Positions 28,783 to 39,253 of a DNA stretch of 64,000 nucleotides are shown here, one piece after another (the stretch's first letter is position 1; the number at the start of each line of letters is the position of its first letter). Position numbers and translations under genes: made by a program. Source of the stretch: Rhodothermaceae bacterium (GTDB lineage Bacteria; Bacteroidota; Rhodothermia; Rhodothermales; Bin80); NCBI GenBank assembly GCA_009838195.1, contig VXSC01000042.1:8196-72195 (forward strand), read 5' to 3'. The notes under the pieces are model-generated. The model saw nothing but the letters and a program-made list of their open reading frames with translations. It was not told the DNA's origin and ran no database searches.

Positions 28783-30093
28783 TCAGTCCTGACCATGTTT
28801 ATGTAGGCCGGGACTTCGTTGCAGAAACTCCTCATAGAGTCGGGTATGTCTGCTTTCCATCGGGATCTCGTACCCGGCAATAAACACATGGTGGATCGTG
28901 GTTGCTGTTTCAAATGGGTCTCCATCGGAAACAAAAAACGTTGCCTCCTTGCCCACCTCAAGTGATCCGAGCCTATCACTCACACCAAAAATTTCAGCAG
29001 GATTGATAGTTACCGCGCGAAGAGCCTCCGCTATGGGTAATCCGTAAGCAGTGGCGAATCCGGCATGATAGGGTAGGTTGCGTGCGTTGGCAGTGTCATC
29101 TGAGCGGAGGGCAATTTTTACGCCCGCTGCATGCATTAGACCTGCATTCCTGTATGCTTTGTCAAAACGATCACTTTGTCGAGTCGGGATGCTAAGGACC
29201 GGCCCGACCAGACATGGAATCCCAGCTTCGGCGATTTTATCCGCAACACGCCATCCCTCCGCAAGACCGCTGAAGAGCACACGATCAATATCACGGGCCT
29301 GAACCCACTCAATAGCAGCAAGGATGTCGTTCGCTGCATTGACCTGAATAATGAGTGTCTGTTTCCCTCGGATAACATCTCTCAGCGCTTCCATAGAAGG
29401 CACGTACTCAGGTTTCCGTCCATCTTCTGGACGGGTCTGATAGGTAGAGTCAATCCGATTGTGTAATTCTGCACTGTCCCAGGTGTCATTGAGCTTTTTC
29501 ATGGCCTCGTCTGCAGCTTTCTTGACCTCTTCCTCCGACCGGGAATCAAATCGACCTCTGCGACCTGTAGCGGGGAAACGAAGGATCACCCCTTCAAAAC
29601 CAGCAAACATTTGTTGCGGGGTATAACCATGAAGATTGATCAACGCGGCTTGTCCGGGAAGCATCCCACCGGACGGGACAGTGAGGACGGTCGTCACTCC
29701 GCTAACTCTCGTAACCGGAATGGCGACACCATTCGGGTTGACTGCAGTGAGGGCTTTCATTTGTGGTGACAGATCACCGAGCTCTGAAGCATCACGGGTT
29801 TCCGGCAGTGACCCTACCTCTATAAGCCCCATTTGCGTCCCCGAGTCAATCATGCCGGGGTAGACACTCAATCCCGCCAGATCAATAACCCTGGCATCCT
29901 CCGGTATATCCACGTTCACGCCAATTTGAATGATCGTGCCGTCCTGAATCAGGATCGTTCCACTCTCAATGGTTCCCTGAGTGACGGTAACAATACGCGC
30001 GTTGGTCAGTGCAGTCACCGTATCCGTTTTCTCCGGAGATGGTGGAAACAATAAGGTTACGGCAATAAGCAGTGAATAGAAAATGGACATCAT
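28783..30093 (-). CDS. Secreted amidohydrolase-superfamily paralogue lacking the HxH metal motif (likely non-catalytic)
   Basis: 436 aa with a signal/anchor. It has the amidohydrolase N-terminal beta-sandwich (NARIVTVTQGTIESGTILIQDGTIIQIG). YPGMIDSGTQMG stands where PGxIDxHxHxG is expected. The later His positions are also substituted (QVNAAND, FSGLAEG). Confidence 0.8.
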   Translation of the reverse strand: MMSIFYSLLIAVTLLFPPSPEKTDTVTALTNARIVTVTQGTIESGTILIQDGTIIQIGVNVDIPEDARVIDLAGLSVYPGMIDSGTQMGLIEVGSLPETRDASELGDLSPQMKALTAVNPNGVAIPVTRVSGVTTVLTVPSGGMLPGQAALINLHGYTPQQMFAGFEGVILRFPATGRRGRFDSRSEEEVKKAADEAMKKLNDTWDSAELHNRIDSTYQTRPEDGRKPEYVPSMEALRDVIRGKQTLIIQVNAANDILAAIEWVQARDIDRVLFSGLAEGWRVADKIAEAGIPCLVGPVLSIPTRQSDRFDKAYRNAGLMHAAGVKIALRSDDTANARNLPYHAGFATAYGLPIAEALRAVTINPAEIFGVSDRLGSLEVGKEATFFVSDGDPFETATTIHHVFIAGYEIPMESRHTRLYEEFLQRSPGLHKHGQD

Positions 30094-31466
30094 TAATTGC
30101 TTTCCAGGAAGTCATAGAGGTCCAGTGAACCTTCGTACAGGCACTGGTGCGTATCGTCGTGCGAGTGCAGTACTACCGTATCAACGGTGCTTTCAGGATC
30201 TACGATCAGGCGTATATCATCGGTATCCGTTTCAATATCAAAGTAGACGATGCCATCGACAACCGTCTTCTGATTGATTGCATAAACCGAAAGCGGGTGA
30301 CGGTCAAAGATCGCCAAGTCTCCCTCTTTGCCTATCTCGATAGAGCCGATACGGTCGCCAATGCCAAGTTGTATTGCCGGGTTGATCGTGATGAGCGCCA
30401 GGGCCTCGTCGTCACTGAGGTCGCCGTATTTTTGCGATTTTGCTGCTTCATGGTACAAGTGACGATTAAGTTCTCCTGAGTCCGAGTTAATGGAGGTGAG
30501 TACACCGTTACGCGTCAGGATTGCTGCGTTGTAGGCGGTTGAATAGTACACCTCAAATTTGTATCCCCACCAGTCAGCGAAGACAGAAGCAGTAGCCCCG
30601 AACTCGGCAAGTTCGGGAGCAATTTTGAAACCCTCGTTGACATGCTGCAACGTGATTTGGTCGACACCAAAATCTTCCAGCACTCCCAGAAGCATTAGAA
30701 TTTCATCCGCGCGGTATGAATGGCAATGGATCAGGATATCACCACTTAGGATATTCGCCATGACTTCCAGTTGGCTGTTATAGGCAGGAGGGATCGCACG
30801 CGGGTTTGCTTTTGCATTCTCCTCATACTGTGCCCAAGCCTCCTGATAGCGCTGTGCTTTCGCAAAGGTCTCGCGCAGCACATATTCTACACCCATACGG
30901 GATGCAGGGCGTTTGTTGTTTCCGCGGCCGTGCACTCGTGTAGGGTTCTCACCAAGGGCAAATTTAATTGTGCGTGGAGCTCCAGCCATACGAAGTTCAT
31001 CTGGATCCAAAAGCCCCCATCGGTGCTTAATCGTTTCATTCTGTCCCCCAATCACATTGGCAGATCCATGCATCACATGAGAGGAGGTTACTCCTCCTGC
31101 CAAGGCACGATAGATGGCAATACTGTAGGGGTTGAGTACATCTCCAACGGATACCTGGGCGGTGACTGGGGCAGACGACTCGTTCACGTTGCTAATGCCG
31201 ATATGCGAATGTGCATCAATAATTCCGGGCATGACGTACATGCCTGTGGCATCAATTACAGGGACATCCTGAGATGCACTCAACTGCTCCCCTACAGCTG
31301 TAATGATCCCGTCCTGAATCAAGACATCTGTGTTTTCTAGGGTCCCATTCGTGATGGTTAGTACTGTAGCATTGCGGACCATCAAGTCTCCAGTGGGTAT
31401 TTCTTGCGCTGCAGAATTTATTGCAACCGAAAGTAGTGCGACAAGGAAAAAGGTTTTTAGCTTCAT
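30093..31466 (-). CDS. Secreted metal-dependent amidohydrolase (COG1228-like)
   Basis: The probable start is MKLKTFFLVALL at 31466 (the track ORF runs to 31562 and overlaps the upstream gene). The canonical motif MPGIIDAHSHIG is intact. Further ligand-like positions are IHCHSY, LQHVNEG and INSDSG. Confidence 0.85.
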   Translation of the reverse strand: MKLKTFFLVALLSVAINSAAQEIPTGDLMVRNATVLTITNGTLENTDVLIQDGIITAVGEQLSASQDVPVIDATGMYVMPGIIDAHSHIGISNVNESSAPVTAQVSVGDVLNPYSIAIYRALAGGVTSSHVMHGSANVIGGQNETIKHRWGLLDPDELRMAGAPRTIKFALGENPTRVHGRGNNKRPASRMGVEYVLRETFAKAQRYQEAWAQYEENAKANPRAIPPAYNSQLEVMANILSGDILIHCHSYRADEILMLLGVLEDFGVDQITLQHVNEGFKIAPELAEFGATASVFADWWGYKFEVYYSTAYNAAILTRNGVLTSINSDSGELNRHLYHEAAKSQKYGDLSDDEALALITINPAIQLGIGDRIGSIEIGKEGDLAIFDRHPLSVYAINQKTVVDGIVYFDIETDTDDIRLIVDPESTVDTVVLHSHDDTHQCLYEGSLDLYDFLESN

Positions 31467-31470
31467 TGGA

Positions 31471-33258
31471 TCAGTCATAGAACTGTGTTGACTTCTCAGG
31501 GCCCGATGTTCGCGTACCGGATACCGATACCGGGCCGACATTTGGCACATCAAAAGAGCCATTCATTGAATCGGCGTCTAATGTGAGCGAGGAGCTGATT
31601 GTACCAAACCCTCCTGCATTAAAGGAGAAGGTCAGTACATTATCAGTCATAGCGATATATTCAAGGGGGGCGGCTTCCGGGTCAACTTCCACGATCAAGG
31701 TGCCAGACCAATCATCATCCGAACCACTGATCGTGAGTGTTCCTGCGATCTCACCATCTGGTGAGGAGATGGTCAGCGACCATGTTCCGACGGGATTTGC
31801 TCCTGATTCACCGCCGGTACCGGAGGATTTTTTTGGCGGTTCCACGTCATATTTACGGCCATCAACGAAGACATACTGAATCTCTCCATCTTCATCGAAA
31901 ATGGATCCTTTTGTAACCACTAAATTTCCCATTTTTCCAACTTCAACAGTTCCCATACTGGACGTAAGCCCGAGGATTTCTGCTGGAGTGGTGGTGAGCG
32001 CTGCCAAAGCTGCGGCCTCAGAAAGCCCTTCATCGACCATTTTTCTGACGTTCGTCAAAAGGTCAGAGGGAGAGGCACCTCCAGTTGAAAATCCAAAGGA
32101 GAGCCCCTCTGCTTCAAGCGTGGCGGCATTACTGACATGGGTTTTGTAGGCCATATGACGCCGAGCTTCCAGATTTTCCTTTTCTATTGCAATGTCCGTA
32201 AATGAGGTGACCCGAAGATCTGGGTCGTAGTCAAGATGCATTACCTCAGGCAACGCAACCGGTGCATCGGTTGGTGCAGCTTTTGTGGAGTCCGTCGGAG
32301 GCTCTTTCTTGTCTTTTCTTAGCTCCTTTGGGAGCTCGAGAGTCAATAGGAGGGGCAAGTTCGCGGACTTCAGTTTGTCGATAGCATCAAAGCTCTGGCT
32401 GAGGCCAGTCAGCACCGCGGGAAAACCCAACTCTTCTTGAACGGACAGCACCCGGTGCAAATCAAGAACATCATCGGTTTGAAAGAAAATAGGCCTATTC
32501 CCCTCCAGCACGGGGAACATGGCATAGTGGACCGGATCATAGCGCGGACGTTCGAGACCAGTTGGATTCTCACTGTATAACTGTTCAACCCGATGACGTC
32601 GCTCAGACTCTCTGTACAGTTGGCGCAGCTTGGCAATAACTGCCATGTCAGTACCCGGATACATTCTGCGTGCTCCGCTGAGTTGTGCATACAGGGCAGT
32701 CTCTCCACGGTACACCATCTCGTTTGGAGTATCACCTCCCAAGAGGATGATTGCCCCCAGACCAGGTAGCATACGGCCTCTGGGAACAACATGTGCAGCG
32801 GTGAAGCCAGATTCTCGCATGGAGGCAATTTGTTTATCTTTCGGATCAAGTAAACCGCGAACATCCCTGTGTGGTAGGATCCCCGCTAACTCGTTCGGTG
32901 GAAAGGCTGGGTCGTCAGGGCGTTCCTGTTCAGGTTGCTGCCTTGGCTGAGGAATTCCTGTATGAGAAAGACCATCAATGAATCCGGCATAAACAGTTAG
33001 AGAATCTGCCGGTATTTCAATCGCATCAAAGGGGATCGCTGCGTCAGGCCCGACCGCTACGATCAGACCATCTCGGATGATTACATTGCTCTGTTCTTGA
33101 ATCTGACTAGGCGACTGGATGACATGTGCGTTGGTAAGCGCAATAGTTCGGGTCACATCGGGAACAGATTCTCCGCTATTGACCTGTGCCCTTACGGGCA
33201 GGTTGATCAAAACAATGCAACAGATAGCGACAGCGAAGATGGAGTAGTTAACGCGCAT
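31471..33258 (-). CDS. Secreted amidohydrolase-superfamily paralogue with degenerate metal site and extra C-terminal beta-rich domain
   Basis: 595 aa with a signal peptide. The motif is YAGFIDGLSHTG (first His replaced by Leu). Later ligand positions are substituted (FFQTDD, LTGLSQS, GFSTGG). The C-terminal ~110 aa (GTWSLTISSPDGEIAGTLTISG...) has no counterpart in the other two paralogues. Confidence 0.75.
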   Translation of the reverse strand: MRVNYSIFAVAICCIVLINLPVRAQVNSGESVPDVTRTIALTNAHVIQSPSQIQEQSNVIIRDGLIVAVGPDAAIPFDAIEIPADSLTVYAGFIDGLSHTGIPQPRQQPEQERPDDPAFPPNELAGILPHRDVRGLLDPKDKQIASMRESGFTAAHVVPRGRMLPGLGAIILLGGDTPNEMVYRGETALYAQLSGARRMYPGTDMAVIAKLRQLYRESERRHRVEQLYSENPTGLERPRYDPVHYAMFPVLEGNRPIFFQTDDVLDLHRVLSVQEELGFPAVLTGLSQSFDAIDKLKSANLPLLLTLELPKELRKDKKEPPTDSTKAAPTDAPVALPEVMHLDYDPDLRVTSFTDIAIEKENLEARRHMAYKTHVSNAATLEAEGLSFGFSTGGASPSDLLTNVRKMVDEGLSEAAALAALTTTPAEILGLTSSMGTVEVGKMGNLVVTKGSIFDEDGEIQYVFVDGRKYDVEPPKKSSGTGGESGANPVGTWSLTISSPDGEIAGTLTISGSDDDWSGTLIVEVDPEAAPLEYIAMTDNVLTFSFNAGGFGTISSSLTLDADSMNGSFDVPNVGPVSVSGTRTSGPEKSTQFYD

Positions 33259-33315
33259 AGGTAAATTGCGAAGAATGGGCAGGCAATATACGATGTACGC
33301 TGATTGAGAACGTAT

Positions 33316-35148
33316 TTATGTGAGTTGTAATTTCAATTTGGTCACACGTTGGGCAATTTTAGCACGATCCATAGACCGATATATTTTGGGCAGAGCTTCC
33401 TTGCTCGTGCTTTCCAGTACAGCGACCAAGGCCTGGAGCTCTTTTTCCTCACTATTTTCAGGTGGGACAAAGTCCTCAACAACAGAGGTCAGAATTTCGG
33501 CTGTGACCGCACGGGGGTCTCCGTGAATCGCAGCTGCACGAAATTTGGCACGCGTCAAGAGGGCCTCCATATCTGCTCCACTATAGGTTGTCTTTCCATT
33601 CAACAGAGCTTTAGGGACAGCTTCCTCAGGAAGGTCAATCTTTGTTCTGCGCATCATGACGCGTAGCAGTTCGAGGCGATCTTCCTGGGTAGATGGGTAG
33701 AAGAGTGCAATATGCTCTTCCGCTCGTCCTTGGCGCTTGAGGTCCACCGGCATGAGGTCTGGACGTGCAGTAATCAGAAAGAATATAATTCGTCCGCGGT
33801 GTTCCGGTTTGCTCATAAAGGAGGCAATCTGCCCGAAAACACGTTTGGAGACTCCCGAATCTCCTTCCGCATCCCGATTTCCTAGTGCTGCGTCTGCTTC
33901 GTCAATCACAACGGCAACCGGTGGCATAGCTTCCAGAAGATTCAAGATCCGTTCCAGATTCCCTTCCGTCTGCCCCTGCCATTGTGAGCGAAAATTCTTC
34001 AGCTTCACCATGGGCACACCAATGTCATTGGCAAAGCATGTGATCATAAAAGTTTTCCCTGTCCCAACCGGTCCACTCACCAGGTACCCCATTGGCATGA
34101 CTTCATGCATGCCCTGTTTTAACGCAGATGCCGCTTGTCGCAGGTGAGTTTTTGCTTCAGCGTGCCCGGCTACATCGTCTAGGCCACTATCTGATTCGAC
34201 GAATTCCAGCATCCCAAACGCAGATTCTTCAATCAAAGATTTTTTGAGTTTGGATAGATGATCGAAACTGAGATAAGTTTTGTTCTCCAAGGTATCGGCA
34301 AGGATGGTCTGCAGTTGGGTATATCCGAGCCCGGGGGTATTCTGTGAAAACTCTTCCAAGCCAAGGTCGGAGTGCTGCTCAAAGAGGGAGATGGAATCCT
34401 TCGTAGACCACTTTGCGAATGCCAGGCGATCTTCGTTCTCAGGGAGGGGGATATTTATCTCGGCAGTCCAAGGGCTCTGAACATGTTGCTGATTGAGGTC
34501 ACTCAGATTTTCTGCAATCAAACAGATTGTAAAGTCATGCTCCAGGAACAGTGGGTCATGCGCCCAGCGCTGCAGATTTACGAGCGCACTTCGATCCTCA
34601 GCTGAATACATGGATGCTTCCGCCATCGGGATAATGGTTTCGGCATAGTCAATGATGCAGGCGATTCTTTTTCTGGAGCTTAGGCGTAGCCGGAAGTAGT
34701 TGTCAAGGATGGACAGGACCTGTGACGGATCTCGTGGTCGTTTTCGAGCAAATTCGGTCCCAAAGAGGCTGTCGTGTCCCGAGACTGCGCGGTTGAAATC
34801 TTTTTGCGTTTCCGTGTCAAGGAAATGAATCCCAGCCGCCCGATCATAAAGCACCACAATATCCCGGGCGGCGAATAGTTCATTTACCAGGAAGTGTGTC
34901 AACCCGACATAGTCTACCTTGCCGGATTCGGGGTCTTCGTGCCGCACGAGATCGCGGACGTTACCATGGAGGATAAACTGGATTAACGTCTTGGTGAAAT
35001 ACTTACGTGCCAGTATCCGCGCCCATTCGGGGTAATGAGCAGTGTACTGGTCAAATTGTGACGTTTGCTTTGAGTCCCCCATGTTGTTTCCGTGCGTTGC
35101 AGTCTCTTTAACGGACTCCGACAGCACAAGATACATTCCAAGCGTCAC
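33316..35148 (-). CDS. Two-domain AAA+ ATPase (degenerate N-domain + canonical C-terminal AAA module)
   Basis: Walker A is GPVGTGKTF and Walker B is VAVVIDEADAALG, with downstream sensor/Arg-finger-like ITARPD and RQGRAEE. The N-terminal ~330 aa lacks a P-loop. The start is possibly Met at 35082 (MGDSKQ). Confidence 0.8.
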   Translation of the reverse strand: MTLGMYLVLSESVKETATHGNNMGDSKQTSQFDQYTAHYPEWARILARKYFTKTLIQFILHGNVRDLVRHEDPESGKVDYVGLTHFLVNELFAARDIVVLYDRAAGIHFLDTETQKDFNRAVSGHDSLFGTEFARKRPRDPSQVLSILDNYFRLRLSSRKRIACIIDYAETIIPMAEASMYSAEDRSALVNLQRWAHDPLFLEHDFTICLIAENLSDLNQQHVQSPWTAEINIPLPENEDRLAFAKWSTKDSISLFEQHSDLGLEEFSQNTPGLGYTQLQTILADTLENKTYLSFDHLSKLKKSLIEESAFGMLEFVESDSGLDDVAGHAEAKTHLRQAASALKQGMHEVMPMGYLVSGPVGTGKTFMITCFANDIGVPMVKLKNFRSQWQGQTEGNLERILNLLEAMPPVAVVIDEADAALGNRDAEGDSGVSKRVFGQIASFMSKPEHRGRIIFFLITARPDLMPVDLKRQGRAEEHIALFYPSTQEDRLELLRVMMRRTKIDLPEEAVPKALLNGKTTYSGADMEALLTRAKFRAAAIHGDPRAVTAEILTSVVEDFVPPENSEEKELQALVAVLESTSKEALPKIYRSMDRAKIAQRVTKLKLQLT

Positions 35149-35325
35149 ATTGCGAGCGAGGCTTCAGAGCAAGTGAGCCAAGGGTAAGCAGAATGGCTAA
35201 GCAGGTTCAGACCCGCAAAACCACTCAAATTTTTTGGTCTCTGGAAGTACCAATAAAAGGCATTCCCTCACGCTCCATCAAATGGATGGGGGAGGGGAGC
35301 CCGTGCTCAATAAAGTTGCGGCGCG

Positions 35326-36405
35326 CTATGCGACGGTGACGGATGAATCAAGATAGACATCCTGAATCGCGTTCAGGATGCCAACACCATCTCCCATCGG
35401 ACGCTGGAATGCCTTGCGACCGGAAATCAGCCCCATGCCGCCAGCACGCTTGTTGATTACGGCAGTCTTGACGGCCTGCTGTAAATCGTTTGATCCAGAT
35501 GCACCGCCTGAATTGATCAGTCCGCAACGTCCCATATAGCAATTGGCGACCTGATAGCGGGTAAGATCAATCGGATGATCACTGGCCAACTTTGTGTAGA
35601 TACGTTCATCGAACTTGCCGTAGCTGGAACCGCCATAATTCAATGCAGCATACCCTCCATTCGAGGTGGGTTGTTTCTGCTTAATAATATCGGCTTCAAT
35701 GGTCACGCCCAGATGATTGGCCTGACCGGTGAGGTCGGCAGATGCTTCGTGGTTCACGCCATCAATCTTGAAAGCACTGTTGCGCACATAACACCATAGA
35801 ATGGTCAGCATTCCGAGTTCATGTGCAAAGGCAAAGGCCTCGGTGACTTCCTGCAGTTGTCGGTTAGAGCCCTCAGATCCAAAATAAATGGTAGCTCCTA
35901 CACCAATGCAACCCATATCCCATGCGTTCTGAATATTTGCAAAAGGAATCTGATCGTGTGAGTTGGGATAACTCAACAATTCGTTATGGTTGAACTTCAG
36001 GATGAAAGGAATCTTATGCGCATATTTGCGTGCCACGGCCCCCAAGACACCATACGTCGAAGCCACACCGTTGCATCCCCCTTCAATCGCCAGTCGGACA
36101 ATGTTTTCGGGGTCAAAATACACCGGATTTTTTGCGAAGGAAGCACCTGCGGAATGCTCAATCCCCTGGTCAACCGGAAGAATGGATACGTAACCCGTAC
36201 CAGCCAAGCGTCCTGAGTTAAACAGGGTATGCAGTGAGCGGAGTACACGAGGATTCCGGTCTGAGCCTGCCCAGACTTCGTCAACAAAGTCGGGCCCCGG
36301 TAAATGCAGGTTCTCATGCGGGATCGTGGTACACTTGTGTGTTAAAAGATTTTCTGCTGAATCCTCGAGGATGTCAGCGATGTTCCTGTTTAGCACTTCA
36401 GCCAT
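35326..36405 (-). CDS. fbaB: Class I fructose-bisphosphate aldolase (FbaB/DhnA type)
   Basis: 359 aa, collinear with E. coli FbaB as I recall it. Shared stretches are [45 protein letters not shown] and [19 protein letters not shown]. Confidence 0.92.
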   Translation of the reverse strand: MAEVLNRNIADILEDSAENLLTHKCTTIPHENLHLPGPDFVDEVWAGSDRNPRVLRSLHTLFNSGRLAGTGYVSILPVDQGIEHSAGASFAKNPVYFDPENIVRLAIEGGCNGVASTYGVLGAVARKYAHKIPFILKFNHNELLSYPNSHDQIPFANIQNAWDMGCIGVGATIYFGSEGSNRQLQEVTEAFAFAHELGMLTILWCYVRNSAFKIDGVNHEASADLTGQANHLGVTIEADIIKQKQPTSNGGYAALNYGGSSYGKFDERIYTKLASDHPIDLTRYQVANCYMGRCGLINSGGASGSNDLQQAVKTAVINKRAGGMGLISGRKAFQRPMGDGVGILNAIQDVYLDSSVTVA

Positions 36406-36487
36406 CGGTAAGAAAATTGATTGAGTTCAAATTTAAGGTGCAGGGTGATTGAATCACCCATTAAAAAGGTTTTACGCCTCAAATGCA

Positions 36488-37528
36488 TTAATTCTTCTGT
36501 AGACGGAGTTCTTTGGGTAGGTTTGAAGGATTAGTTATCCAATTTTCAAGGTTTCGCCCAATATGTGATCCAAACAATAACCCCTTCGATCCCAGCCCGG
36601 TCAGTACCCAGACATTGCTAGTCAGTGGGCCGACCATCGGAAGCCTAGTTCCAGGAACTCCAACCCGAATCCCTGCAGATGCACTTAAAACTTTTGCGGA
36701 TGCCACGGAGGGGATCATCTGTTGGGTTAGAGCAAGAATTTTTGCAATCCCCTCTTCGTTCGATTCCAGATCTTGCGGTGCATGTTCATAGGTAGTTCCG
36801 AGAATCAGTCTATCCTCGACTGGAACTGCGTAGCCGTATCCACTGACTGGAAGTGGGATCTCGGTTGAGGGGGATACATACACCAGTTGTCCCTTGGTGC
36901 AATGAAGATTCAGATTTCTCAGTTTTGGGATGGATTGGTATCCAGCACCGACTGCGAGAATCAGCTTTTTTGTTCTGAGGGATCTGCCCGAGTCTAATAC
37001 TGCAGTGACTTCCGAACCACGGTCTTCCCAATTGGTAAGGTTATTTTGGATCACCGTGCAACGCGGGATCAGTGAGGTAATCAGCCGATCCAGCATTTGC
37101 GGTATATCTGCTACACCTCCTTTTGTGATTGCTGCACCAAATGGAGCGGTGATAGATGGATACATCCCAACCACCTGATCAGGTTGGAGCCAGGTAAATG
37201 ATTCGGGTTTTTCCAGGGAAATTGTGCGAAAAAGCGAGGCTTGGACCTCGTTAAGAGCAGGGCGAAGAATGCCACATGGGTTATAGGTCTCAAGTGCGTC
37301 TGCACGGCGTAGTGTATGCAGAAAATCCTCGTACGCAACACTTGCATTCCAGAGTCCTCCCATTCGCTGTCCGGCAAACGGGTTTACCAGTCCCGCAGCA
37401 ATTGTAGAGGCTGCCGGAGCAGTTCCCGAGAGTAGGGCGACCCTTTTCGAGTTAGACAAATACAGTGCTGCGCAAGTGCCGCCTAATCCGGCACCGACGA
37501 TGATGATATCAAGCGTTGAATCCTGCAC
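36488..37528 (-). CDS. FAD-dependent oxidoreductase (DAO/glycine oxidase-like family)
   Basis: 346 aa with an N-terminal Rossmann dinucleotide motif IIIVGAGLGGTCAALYL. The substrate is not assignable. Confidence 0.75.
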   Translation of the reverse strand: MQDSTLDIIIVGAGLGGTCAALYLSNSKRVALLSGTAPAASTIAAGLVNPFAGQRMGGLWNASVAYEDFLHTLRRADALETYNPCGILRPALNEVQASLFRTISLEKPESFTWLQPDQVVGMYPSITAPFGAAITKGGVADIPQMLDRLITSLIPRCTVIQNNLTNWEDRGSEVTAVLDSGRSLRTKKLILAVGAGYQSIPKLRNLNLHCTKGQLVYVSPSTEIPLPVSGYGYAVPVEDRLILGTTYEHAPQDLESNEEGIAKILALTQQMIPSVASAKVLSASAGIRVGVPGTRLPMVGPLTSNVWVLTGLGSKGLLFGSHIGRNLENWITNPSNLPKELRLQKN

Positions 37529-37580
37529 AGGCCTTTACCGGAACAGCTTTATAACGTCAGGGTAGCAAGGGGCCACTGCA

Positions 37581-37657
<77 letters not shown>

Positions 37658-38038
37658 CCGCCAAAAACGCCCCAGGATACTTTGAAAACAGTGATTCTAG
37701 GGCGTTTTTCTGTTTGCATCAGTTTGGCCATAGTTACAACATTTTGCAAGTAATTGCAACGATTTATGACTTGTGTGTACCCACGGAGCCAAAATGTTCT
37801 TCCATCTGCTCTAGAAATGCATTCAGCCTAATCACATGCTACTCAAAGGGCGGGTATATGAGTTCACGGCCGATGTGATCTCGGTAATGGATAGCGCTGA
37901 TCTCCCACTCGGAAGTGGAACACGCGATGCATTCAGGGGGTTCATGAACGCCGGGTCGGAAGTCGCCCGTGTTGCCCGTATATCACAACGGCATCATCCC
38001 CTATCAAAACGTATACTATACGCTCCAAACGAAATATT

Positions 38039-39205
38039 ATGATGATACGTATGCCCCTTCTCTTCATAGTCATGGGATTCATTTTGTCGAGTGCACTGCC
38101 AGTCTACGGCCAAGCACCGGTTCTGCGGTCTGCCTACCACGACTTTCGTGTCGTTGATGTGGCCCAAGGTTTTGAACGCCCCTGGTCTATTGCTTTTCTG
38201 CCCGGGGGTGACATGTTGGTCACCGAACTCTCGGGGCGACTCCGGATTGTTCGGGAGGGAAAGTTGATGGAGGAGCCCGTGGCTGGAGTCCCCGAGGTCT
38301 TGGCCCAGGGTCAGGGTGGGCTGCTTGATGTGGTTCCGCATCCGGATTTTGCGTCGAACCGCCTGATTTACCTCAGTTTCTCAAAGCCCTTGGCTGACAG
38401 CGAAGGGGCGACAACGGCCGTCGTGCGAGGCCGGTTCGAAAATGACCGACTCATCGAGGTTGAGCAAATCTTTGAGGCAGACTCTCGGGGACGGGGACAC
38501 TACGGTTGTCGTCTGGCATTCGACGGGAACGGTTACCTGTTTATCACCGTCGGCGATCGCCAAATACCACCTCGAGGAGACTTGGAGGCTCATCCGGCGC
38601 AAGACCTTTCCAACCACCACGGCACGGTCATCCGCATCCACGATGACGGGCGTGTTCCTACGGACAACCCCTTCGTTGACCAAGCTGGAATACAACCAGA
38701 GATCTGGAGCTATGGGCATCGGAATGCGCAGGGGCTGGCGATCCATCCAGAAACGGGCGACATCTGGATCAATGAGCATGGCCCTCTGGGCGGCGATGAA
38801 CTCAATCTGATACATCCTGGCCTGAACTACGGATGGCCCGTAGTTGGGTACGGAGTGAACTACCGCAGTGGCACGGCTATCCACGAAGGAATCTACCGCG
38901 AAGGGATGGAACCGCCCGCGTATTTTTGGGTGCCGTCGATCGCCACCTCGGGAATGTTGATCTATACCGGGGATCGTTTTCCCGCTTGGCATGGCAACTT
39001 CTTTGTGGGTGGCTTGTCGGGCCAACAACTGGCACGCCTGACCCTTGATGGCCAAGAGGTTGAGCAGGAAGAGACATTACACTCTGGTAGAGGCCGCATC
39101 CGCGATGTCCGCCAAGGACCGGATGGCTATATCTATCTCGCCATTGATGATCGCCAAGGGGGCTTGACACCGGTGGTGAGGCTAGAGCCTGTGGACGCAC
39201 ACTGA
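38039..39205 (+). CDS. PQQ-dependent soluble sugar (aldose/sorbosone) dehydrogenase, beta-propeller
   Basis: 388 aa with a signal peptide. Motifs are GGLLDVVPHPDF, HYGCRLAFDGNGYLFITVGDR, HHGTVIRIHDDGRVPTDNPF, WSYGHRNAQGLA and LNYGWP. Confidence 0.85.
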   Translation: MMIRMPLLFIVMGFILSSALPVYGQAPVLRSAYHDFRVVDVAQGFERPWSIAFLPGGDMLVTELSGRLRIVREGKLMEEPVAGVPEVLAQGQGGLLDVVPHPDFASNRLIYLSFSKPLADSEGATTAVVRGRFENDRLIEVEQIFEADSRGRGHYGCRLAFDGNGYLFITVGDRQIPPRGDLEAHPAQDLSNHHGTVIRIHDDGRVPTDNPFVDQAGIQPEIWSYGHRNAQGLAIHPETGDIWINEHGPLGGDELNLIHPGLNYGWPVVGYGVNYRSGTAIHEGIYREGMEPPAYFWVPSIATSGMLIYTGDRFPAWHGNFFVGGLSGQQLARLTLDGQEVEQEETLHSGRGRIRDVRQGPDGYIYLAIDDRQGGLTPVVRLEPVDAH

Positions 39206-39253
39206 TCCTGGAGGGAGTACCGGTTCAGGGTAGTTTGCCAACGGGTTTCCACG

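Noticed and set aside
37658-38038. Search for an integrase remnant between tRNA-Arg and the PQQ dehydrogenase
   Set aside because: I translated the minus strand of 37741-37990 by hand in all three frames and checked the plus-strand track ORFs covering 37836-38157. This gave only short peptides interrupted by stops, with no tyrosine-recombinase motifs. The islet therefore has no detectable integrase.
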